A DNA stretch of 51,368 nt, counting the filler, from Streblomastix strix (Eukaryota): the NCBI GenBank assembly GCA_008636045.1. It is 2 parts of 2 records of this genome, joined end to end, with 100 filler letters (N's around TTAATTAATTAA, not from the genome) between each part and the next. Parts side by side here need not be neighbours in the genome. Positions count along the whole stretch, not along the records: positions 25,765 to 51,368 come from SNRW01000196.1; 1 more part is not named here. One strand, 5' to 3'. The position numbers and the translations under genes were made by a program. The notes beneath the pieces are model-generated. The model saw only the letters and a program-made list of their open reading frames with translations, had not been told where the DNA came from and did no database searches. Positions 28,635 to 38,485 of this stretch are shown here, piece after piece (positions within the stretch are counted from its first letter, which is position 1; the number at the start of each line of letters is the position of its first letter).

Positions 28635-29033
28635 TCAATTACCATTATAATATGTTTTAAGATTCAATAGCTTCAAATACAATATATATCTCCACATCTT
28701 AGCAAGTTCCTCATCTTATTTTTCTATTGCTTCTTTAACGAATTCCTCTATTTATTCATTTGAATATTTGGACCAATGAAAATAACTTACTTAATTAATA
28801 TTTGGTTTATCAGTACTTTCCATCTTTTGTTTCTTTCTTCTACGATAAACGAATTGAAATATATATAAAATTATATTAATTGGAACTAGAATCACATTAA
28901 AATAATTCCATAATTATTTTATTAATGCAATAATGTCTATTAATTACTTAGGAATTGATAGAGAAATTATAGATACTAAGAAGTTAACTCCATAAAATAT
29001 AGAATTTATTACTATTATTATAATATTTAACAT
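28635..29033 (-). CDS. Small viral membrane protein, 132 aa, two predicted TM helices
   Basis: MLNIIIIVINSIFYGVNFLVSIISLSIP...WNYFNVILVPINIILYIFQFVY followed by RRRKKQK and a soluble tail. Confidence 0.6.
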
Positions 29034-29056
29034 ACGTTTGTTTTATTATAAATATA

Positions 29057-30116
29057 ATGACGTTATCCGAGATATAATCTGTGACTTTCACTGATAATTC
29101 TATGTTAGATGAATATAAAACAAAGCCATTGACAAGGAATTTATTATTTTTAATCAATGGGAATCATTATATAGTTGGTGCAGTTGGTTCAGGAAAAACA
29201 ACTTTATTATGTAAACTTATAGTAATCTACAAGTAAAAAATCAATCCATTCATTTTATATTTCTCTAATTTTGGTGCTGATGAGACTATGGCATTGAATC
29301 TAAACTCTAAGAATATCGTATTGACTAATATAACATACGATGAAGCTATGTATTTCCTTCCTTAATTTGATGAAATTAAATATAAAGTTAAAGAAATATA
29401 TACATACTGGAAGTTAAGTGAAGTAAATGTATCGTACAAATCTGATTACATATAGAGAATGAAGGAAAGAATATTAATAATGAATCTAATAAAATAGAAT
29501 CCAACAAGAATATGCTTCTGCATCACCTGAATAATAATTAGAGAAACCAAAGGATTATGCAAGAAGAATTGCTAAGATATTTCGTTAGGAATGTATCAAT
29601 ATTAAAACGAAATATAGTGTTCCAACAACGATAATGAGATTTACTATTCCTGCTATGATTCATAACGTGTAATTCGAGAGAAAAAAAGAAATATCATAAG
29701 ATGATGGTGATGCTGAATTAAAAGTATCGAAGATTCCTATATTATTTCATAGTTTACTGTTAAATTCATTGTTAATATTTGATGACATAGGAAGTAATGT
29801 TGATATTTAAAGATTCTCCTCAGGATTGTCAAAGACAATAACTCATTTAGTTTCCGACAGTAGACATAGTAAAAATACTGTTTTCTTTGTTGCATAACGT
29901 CCAAGTTACTTATTCAAAACAGCAAGAATATTATCACATGTTATGTGTTTAGGAGTTAATCTATCTGAAAGTGATTTAAAACAAGCTTACGAAGAGAATT
30001 CTATTTAGAATCTTGACTTTGATGACTTTATGTTACTGTATGGTACTCTTAATAAATATGAATTCATAATACTTAATAAGTTGCAGAGTAAATATGAGAT
30101 CTTAAAGAATCAATGA
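29057..30116 (+). pseudogene. A32-like (FtsK-HerA superfamily) DNA packaging ATPase, frameshifted
   Basis: Walker A IVGAVGSGKTTLL, Walker B LLIFDDIG, and SRHSKNTVFFVAQRPSYLFKTARIL (A32-type RH...Q...R motifs). The first frame hits TGA at 29528 and the C-terminal half is in the +1 frame (shift near 29470-29520). Confidence 0.9.
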
Positions 30117-30124
30117 TAATATGT

Positions 30125-31927
30125 ATGATTATATTTATTTTTCTTTATTCAAATATTACATTAGCTAAAACCTTGAGTTAATAATAGATCTAAGTTATTC
30201 GTTCATTAATATAATCAGATTTCCAATATTTGATATAATATTCAAGGAAATCATCAAGTTCTAGCAGTAAATTATCAGGAAGTGAATATTAATTGACGGT
30301 TGATGATTAAAACTCATTAATATATGCACCAATTGATAATACTTAGAATTGAGCAATGAAACTTGAAACTAATGGTGTTATGACATTGAAAAATATAAAT
30401 TTATTAAATAATGATTTCTTAGCGAAAATAACTATATTAGAATAAGAAGTTAACGTATTGTAATAGACATTAGGAACTGCAACTTAAGATATTGGTGGTT
30501 TGCAATAATAAATTAATGTAATTAATGAAGAACTTAATAGATAAACACATTTTAGAGGAAACTATTTATTGAACACAGATATATAATAATTAGAAAACTC
30601 TGCCAATGGTGATTTTGCATTCTCAGCTGAAAGTGGAACAGTATGGATGTATGATAACAGTTGGTATGACAGTGGAGATATAGTTCTTGATTAAGTAACT
30701 CCTGCAAGTGATGTTAATCCATTAATTGATAGTGGAACTGGAGTTGCTGGAACTTCAACTGAGTATTCTCATGATCATTAACATCCACTATAAGTATCTA
30801 CATCATTACCAAGTAAAGATACATCTGTTGGTACTATCGGCTCAGCTAGTTCTTATGCAAGATCTGATCATTAACATCCAATTCAGACTGTAGATACTAT
30901 TCCAGTTAGTGATTCAGCAGATGGATCTTATGGTACTGTTGATTTATATGCTAGAAATGATCATTCACATCCAGTTAATGTACAAACTAATGCTTCAATT
31001 ATACTTATAGTTAATGGAGTTGAAAATAATGGTACTTCAGCATTTTATTCAAGACATGATCATGTTCATCTTTAGTAATTGACTTATGATGGTAACGTTA
31101 CAGCTACTAAATTTATTAAGACAGGTGGATTAGCAACAGAAATACTATGCGCTAATGGTGATACAAAAGCTATATCTGATATTGATAGTGATTCAGTTAA
31201 AAAGACATGCAAATCAATATAAATCGTATAAAGATATCTACGTTATGGTGGAAAACCTCCATAAGATGATGATGAAGAATCGGATTCCTCTGATGATGAT
31301 GATTATTAAACTAGAGGCAAAATATATAGTTAATATGTAAATAAAACATAAACTGAAACAATAGTTGCAAGAAAGACATTTAAAAATGATTAATTTTAGT
31401 TATAACCAATAGGTATAACAAAACCATTAATATTATTCGCTAGTAACTCATCTAATTATTGTTGTGAATAAATGTTAAATGAAAATGAGCTAATGATATC
31501 ATATAATTCAGCATAGACAAACTAAAATTTTTACATTAACTTCAGTGATACTGTTTTATCAGGGACTTACCCCAATGCTAAAATACTATAACGTTTTATA
31601 TTAAATGCTGGTACTTCTACATCTTTTGCAAGCATTACTTCTGGTAATATGTAAATAAATCCTACAGCAACTAGTTATGATGATGGCTTGAGAATATCAA
31701 GAACTGATCCAGATACAGGTAATTCATCAATTTAATTAGGCTGTTGCAGAACATCAAACACTGTTACAATTGTAGGATAATGGACAATATTTACACCGCC
31801 AAATACTGCTATTTAAAACTCCTAAAGTTTTGTTATAGCATCAGCATATTAAGCTGGAGATAATACTAGAGGATTATAAATTAGTGCTGATGGAAACACA
31901 TTAACTTTCAATGATAGAGTACTATGA
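30125..31927 (+). pseudogene. Long phage-tail-fibre-like protein (~600 codons) with four DHxH repeats; one in-frame TGA
   Basis: Coiled coil, then GVAGTSTEYSHDHQHP, GSASSYARSDHQHP, GTVDLYARNDHSHP, GTSAFYSRHDHVHL and VTATKFIKTGGLATEILCANGDT. TGA at 30350-30352, with an in-frame ATG at 30356. Start codon uncertain. Confidence 0.75.
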
Positions 31928-31964
31928 GACTCTTAATATTATTTAATTTATTTTTCCTAGAAAC

Positions 31965-32414
31965 ATGTCAAAACCACATAAATAATTATTCACTGAACTA
32001 GCAAAAACAAACTATGAAGACGAAGGTTTAATAAGAACATCGATAGAAACACTATAAAATCTGCTGATGAAAAATAAATAAGATTCATAACATATATTAC
32101 TAAAGGAATTAATAAGAATTAGTAAGTAATTCACAATATAATAGAGTAAATTATATTCAATGAAATAATTTGTTAATGATGAAGACTATAAAAATAAAAT
32201 ATATGGTGAGAATAATAAGTACTATGCAAATGAATATAACCAAATCAAGAAGAAAATGGATTTGAATCAATATCCATAATAAATAAAGAAATATATTATA
32301 TCTGAAGCAACTGATGATGAAAAATAGATATATAATTAATTTGTTATGGATGTAGATAATCAACTATTTTGTGCATATTATCAATTAACTTAGCTTAGCG
32401 TATCTAAATATTGA
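31965..32414 (+). CDS. Viral hypothetical protein, 149 aa
   Basis: MSKPHKQLFTELAKTNYEDEG...QLSVSKY*; open in code 6. Confidence 0.65.
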
Positions 32415-32614
32415 AGATAACCTATGATTTCTTAAGTTTTATCTGATATAATACCAAATCTTTCACATTCTTATTTTTTTTAATCATAGTACTATTATTG
32501 AAAATCATCTAATTCCTCATCATCAATCAATGTCTCAAATATTTTAAACACTTCATAATCAGAAGCATTATGTTCTTTTCCTAATGCTTAAGCAAAATAA
32601 TATAAATCGTCCAT
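32381..32614 (-). CDS. Viral hypothetical acidic protein, 77 aa
   Basis: MDDLYYFAQALGKEHNASDYEVFKIFETLIDDEELDDF...*; 3' end overlaps the previous ORF by 34 bp. Confidence 0.55.
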
Positions 32615-32679
32615 TGATGAATTTATTATTAGAAAAATAATTTTTAAATATATTCAATTTTTGTAATTAATTTTAATTA

Positions 32680-32886
32680 TCATCTCTTATTTAAGTGTCT
32701 ATTTATTCCTCCAGTAATGTTACCAACTGTATTCATAACTGCACCAGCACCTGAATGCAACATGCTTACTGGTCCACTTAAAGTTCCCATTACTTTATGG
32801 AGCGTAGGGGCAACCCAGCCAGCAACTTTCTTAATACCACCTAATATCTTACTTCCGAAATTTTTCAAACCAGAGAAGAATCCCAT
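32680..32886 (-). CDS. 68-aa amphipathic cationic peptide, putative membrane-penetration protein (adenovirus pVI-like helix)
   Basis: MGFFSGLKNFGSKILGGIKKVAGWVAPTLHKV...; Gly/Lys/hydrophobic periodicity, no acidic residues, N-terminal MG; divergent from the putative MCP. Confidence 0.75.
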   Translation of the reverse strand: MGFFSGLKNFGSKILGGIKKVAGWVAPTLHKVMGTLSGPVSMLHSGAGAVMNTVGNITGGINRHLNKR

Positions 32887-32975
32887 ATTGAATTTAATTT
32901 GATTTTCTTGTTTGTGTATTTGTTTAAATAATAAAACTTACTTACTGTTTTAAATTCTAAGTAAATCAAACTAAT

Positions 32976-34922
32976 ATGAGTTTATCAGCATGTGATTATA
33001 TATAAAAATTAGCTCATGTTTAACATTCTGATTATATATCTACTTATTCAGCGATGTCAGAAGTATTAAGATAAGCATCAATTCATCCATAGAGTTTCTA
33101 ACTAAGTAGAAAAGAATTCTTTGATTAACCTGTATCTTAACTAACAATTGATGGATAAAGATATACTAGAGCTCCATTAGGTGCAAGAGGTAATACTACT
33201 TGTTCAATAGCATAATCATGTTAAGTTAGTTGGTAAATTACTATCCCTGCGGAGAGATTAGCATTATAACTTAATAAAGCAGCAACTGCAGCAGCTGCTA
33301 CTGCTGAATTGGCTAGAGATAGAGTAAATTTCAATGGATTAATTGATCCATAAGCAGAGTGGGTTCGTACTATGCGAGTTGGTGCTGATGATAATGAATT
33401 ACCAATCAATGATGACGAACGTATTAAGCTATGGATTGGTTATTCAACAGCTTGTGGACCATTCTAATAAATAGCAATCAGTAAAGATAATATAAAGCTA
33501 TGGGAAACATCTATTTATGCTAGAGAATAAGCAGTAATAGCTGCAAATTCATTATCAGATGAATGTACCAGGAATTCTGTCAGTGTATCATCATTTGAAT
33601 CAATAGTTAGAGGAAGAAGACATTGTGGAATCTTCTTAGATATTCCTGTTTCAGAGTTTGCTGCAGCAAATTTTAATTATAAGTTTCCATTTGATATAAT
33701 AATTACTGGAGTACTTGATTTAAACTAGTTAAATCCAATATTCAATTCATTTCCAGTGTTAACACGTAACTATGCATCGCTATATTTATAGTTGTGGACT
33801 TAAGATTTCCTATAAGATCTGAAGGTTGTATATTTGAATAAGTCTAATACATATACGAATACACATCTTGCTTACTAAATGATTCCACCAGAGAAACCTG
33901 ATCTATTTTACCTTTTAAATACAGCTGGAAGTGCTTATGCACCATATAACGTAAGAATTGTTAATATGGAAGGTAATCTAGCTACTGAAAAAAAGCCTAC
34001 AAATTCAATAAGTTAAATTAAGGATGCTAGATTCAATAATTTAGATATTATTAATGTTGGTTTCAATATGGAGAATGAAGAAGTTATCATTGATATGATA
34101 AGAACTCAAAAAATATTGAATTTCCCAACGTAAATTATACGTACATAATCAACTAATTTCCCATTTTGAGGATTCATAGCTAGTGGTGGTTCTATGTAAA
34201 GTATAATGTCATTATTAAACATAAAATCTATGTTTATTACATTTGCTATGAACTAATATCCAACTTGGTTTTTCCCAGTGTTATTTTAAAGGTTCAATTT
34301 GGAAATTGATCAGCGACATCTTATTTAATAAGACTATGTATCGTTGAATCCAACTGTCACTTCATAGATGTTCGAATGCTTTGTTGAATAAGACTTAGTT
34401 TCTGCACCATCAGATTTATATCATTCATTGAATTTCCAAAATCGAACTATAAATGAAGGAGAGAGTAAGTTTTACTATGGGCGTGTTGGTAATATCTAAG
34501 AAACAGAGAATATCTTCTATAATACTACGTTATCTGTAGGTAGTAAAGCAGTAAAAATATATTATCCTCATAAATTCATGCTTGCTTGGAAGATAGCAAC
34601 TGATGATTCATTCAGGAGAGGATATAATGTGTCTAAAATGGGTGCTAGAACTAATATATATGTTAGTTTATCAGGCTCTTTAACAGAAGGAATCGTCGGT
34701 ACTGAGTTGATTAAATTGACTCCCGAAGAAAATCAAAACAATCTTATTTCATTTATTGCAACAAGAGCATATCCTACTCCAACATATGCCTAGATAACTC
34801 CTCAGATGCACTATCTATGTGATGCTATCATTAGATTTACCTTTGATGATGCACCTGATCGATAGGTTTTAAACTTTGAAATCATTGGTGAAGTTGGTGG
34901 AACTATGATAAGAATTGGATGA
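32976..34922 (+). pseudogene. Putative major capsid protein (double jelly-roll), 648 codons, one in-frame TGA
   Basis: Largest non-enzymatic ORF of the element; complex sequence with alternating hydrophobic beta-strand patterns and no low complexity; lies near the ATPase and fibres. TGA at 34167-34169. The fold is inferred from size and context only. Confidence 0.65.
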
Positions 34923-35231
34923 ACATTGAAAAATACTCACTTCGTGTATTAATTATTTTTGTTAATTATAAACATGGAAAATCAAATAATATCCTTTGCA
35001 GAATTAATAATTATTAATGATCCAATACTATGTATATTAAGCTAATTATAAATAGAAAAATTAAACAAGAGCTTGGAGCTTGGTGTTCGAGGTCTTTGAA
35101 ATTCATATTTTTATTTTAAATAATTAATTTCCGTTTTTTTATTAAAAAAAGTATTTCTTTTTTTTTATTATTCTTCTTAATTATTCATAATTAAACTTTT
35201 TTTAAAAACTTCATTTTAGATATTTGGCAAA

Positions 35232-37931
35232 ATGGCACAAAGTTAAAAAGGTTCATAATTATCTCCCAAGGAAATGTATATCAAATCAAAAATCACTGAT
35301 TATTCTCCATAAGAACGAGAATAAATAACTGTACTCTACTTTAAAATGGCTGATAGACTACATCTTGACTATAATAAGATGCTAGAAGAAGCTGAATCAC
35401 ATCGTAATGATTCAGTAGAAGAGCGTAATATATTCAGCTCTTATAAGTTTTCGAGTTATCTTCTTGCTCTGACGGAAGATTACGATTATTATACATCAAA
35501 AGAACTTACTCCACGAATTTCCGAGAAACTGATATAATTATATGATTTCAAGAAATTCAACGATGAAATTACTCCATTAGAAGATGATGTGTAGGAAAAA
35601 CCAGTAAAAACTAGGAAAATTACTGGAAAAGCTATAAATATTGCTGATTGCCCATACTTAGCTATTGTTGATATAGATATTGACAAGAAACTAAGTGAAG
35701 AAGATAGAAACCTCATAAGAAATGAACTCTTAGAGAAGATTTATCAATCAGAATTAAACGTAGCCTTAGTTAAAAACTGGTCATTGAGGTTTACATATAT
35801 ATTGTAATATGGATCCTCTAATTCTACTTGCTGGGAATACAATGGTTAAAAAATAGCTACTGAGAAATACGATGTAGATATATTTGCTTGTGTAGATTCC
35901 AATGAAAGTAAGAGATGTATTGTTTTACCTGATTCAAGAATCAAAGACTTTGAATATAATACAGTAACTAAGAGATAATAACCAAAATAACCAAATCAAA
36001 TATTTAAATACGAGAAGTTAGGAAATTCGAAAACAAAATTTGATAAAAAGAAAGATCTAAGTCTCATATCATAAGTATGATAAGTACTTGGATTTGATAT
36101 TGAGCTTATAAAATACCATGAATAACCAGAATAAGATGATAAAGTTAGTTATGATGTTAATATGACGAAATAATAAGCTGATATATTAATAAATGGTCTT
36201 AACAATCTAATTATTCATAATTATGCTGCTAAATCAGAGAAAGAAACTACTCTATTTAAGTTATTTTCATCAGTTAATGGAATGAAAGCTATTGCTCATG
36301 TTGACCTATAGTGGAATAATGAAGCTTATAATAAAATTAGTTAAATTCAAGGTCTAACTATCAAAGCAAGATCAAACTTCGATAGAAATCGTATTAGACT
36401 TGCTGAAAGATCATGTACTCTTCATTATATAGAGAAAATAGTTAGATTAACTGATGAAGAGTATTACAATAGTGAATACTTACCAACTGTCTACGACAGA
36501 GCGAAGCCTGAAGTTAAATCGGACGATACTAAATCAAAATCAAGTAGTAAATCTAACAATGATGATGATATCATTGATCTAGCAAAAATTACAGTAAATG
36601 ATATTGATTTAACTGACTAATTTGAGTTAGCAGATATATGAACTAAGATTAGTAAAGGAGAATATGAGTGTGTTGAAGATATTGTATCTGATATGACTAA
36701 GATAATGAGATATATACACTCTGATACGGTAACATTCTTATTCAAATAATATAATAATCTTGAAAAGAAATATATTTTCGTTCGGAAAAGCGAATCATGT
36801 GCATAAGATATATTAAACATGATTCCAGCACATTTTAATAGAAAGAAGTCTAAAACACTGTGGTAATTAGCTACAGCATATAATTAGATATTCTTAATTA
36901 GGAAGGTTGAATTTAAAAGTGATGATACAGATGTATTTTCCATGTTTTAAGGCTGGAAATATCACGAACTTGAGCAAATAAACATGGATTTAATACAACC
37001 ATATCCAGATCATATAAAATAAGTAATTTCTTCCAATGATACAACTGTTTATGAATACATTTTGAAATGATATGCATTGATAATATAACTTCCAGAATAA
37101 CAGACACGTGTATCAATGATATTAAGAGGTGGATAAGGCTGTGGTAAAAATACTTTTACTGATGTACTGTCTGAGTTAATATCTGGTTATTCATTAAGAA
37201 ATATTACTTCATTAACATCAGTGACTGGCTAATTCAATTCTATCTTGAGTAATAGAGTATTTATAGTGCTTAATGAGCTTACAACATTCAGTTCTTCTAT
37301 TAGTCATGAAGTTGATAAGTTAAAATCATTGATATCAGATCCAACTCTTGAAATTCGTACTATATTCTCTAATTCACGTGTTGAAAAGAACTTATTAAAT
37401 TTCATTTTAGTATCCAATCATTTAGATCCTGTTCATTTAGACCAAGATGATAGAAGATACTTAGTATGTTAATATGATTCTAAATATACGAAGAATACTT
37501 AATATTTCAACAATCTATTTCAACATATAAATCAAGAAGGTTTCTATGATAATCTCATAATTTACTTTCATAAATTAGATATTTCATAGTTTGACGCTAG
37601 AATCATCCCAATGACTGAGGCTAAAAAGGAAATTATCGAAGTATCATTAACTGACATTGATATATTCTGTATTTAATATTTCAAATAGTTAAAAGTTGGT
37701 TGGTTATGCGATGAAGCACTAAGATATTATCCAGATTCTATTAAGCCATAAAACTTCAGATTATAAATTCATAAGAACTGTGAAACTATAAGACAACATC
37801 GTATGAAGAAACAACTTAGATTGTATAAGATTAAGGAGGATAAAATAGCTGAACTAGAATAGTATGTTGAAGATGATGATAATGAATTGATTATTAATGA
37901 GATTAATGAAGAACACTAAAATACATTATGA
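35232..37931 (+). pseudogene. Primase-polymerase (AEP/Prim-Pol) fused to D5-like SF3 helicase, 899 codons, disrupted
   Basis: Prim-Pol motifs AIVDIDI, VKTGHxGLHIYC (displaced to the +1 frame), DVDIF, CIVLPDS. Helicase Walker A LRGGQGCGKNTF, Walker B VFIVLNE, motif C FILVSNH and DDRRY. In-frame TGA at 36078, 36639 and 37068. Confidence 0.9.
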
Positions 37932-37977
37932 TTTTGTATTCTCATAGTAAATTCATTATAAATTATCATTTTTGAAC

Positions 37978-38485
37978 AGAAGGGAATTATGACGAGGTTC
38001 TAATGCAAACTAACATAGTATTACTGATAATGAAACACATAGGAATTCATAAAGAAAATTATTTTTGCACCATGTTTTAACTTACAAAACTCTTATTCTA
38101 TAGTCAAATCTCTTACTTAACCAATAATCAACAGTCATTTCTCTTATCAAGAGCACTTTCATCGAATAAATATCTTACAGCGTATTATCTCATGTCAATT
38201 ACCTTTTCAATTTTATTTTTATAAACTCATTTGACCTCGAGCACCGAGCACCACGACACACTTACTTTTTCAATAAAATTTCAAAAATGACTTATACCTA
38301 CTTTTCTCATTTTATTTTCAATTTTAATTATTAATAATTATTTTCATCAAATTCAATCTTATTCCATTTTCATCAACTTTGCCGATAATTCATGCATTAT
38401 TTTAATTTTCATTATTTTTCCCATTATTTTTCATAAAGCACCGCTAAAATCACACTTGCCATCAACTTCGTCATAATTCCCTTCT
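37978..38485. repeat. 22-bp inverted repeat pair (37978-37999 / 38464-38485)
   Basis: AACCTCGTCATAATTCCCTTCT (- strand) vs AACTTCGTCATAATTCCCTTCT (+ strand), 21/22 identical. Confidence 0.85.

Larger units (their letters stand above)
25765..38485. mobile_element. Endogenous dsDNA virus (Polinton-like virus type, Preplasmiviricota-like), left end truncated by the gap
   Basis: Twelve tightly packed, apparently intron-less ORFs including a packaging ATPase, a putative MCP, a primase-helicase and fibre proteins. The right boundary is estimated from inverted repeats and the return to gene-poor AT-rich DNA. Confidence 0.85.

Noticed and set aside
28652..29056. In-frame upstream extension of the ATPase from ATG 28652
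   Set aside because: With TGA as the only stop, long open frames arise by chance; it is the antisense of the more protein-like 2-TM ORF.
34975..35099. Small ORF of about 41 aa (MENQIISFAEL...) after the MCP
   Set aside because: Too short to support; it overlaps the GC-rich intergenic motif and has no recognisable features.
25765..38485. Bacterial prophage or contaminating phage contig (suggested by the tail-fibre motifs)
   Set aside because: Uses TAA and TAG as Gln like the host, has an A32-type ATPase rather than terminase/portal, shows no obvious Shine-Dalgarno pattern, and is contiguous on the right with intron-containing host-type sequence.
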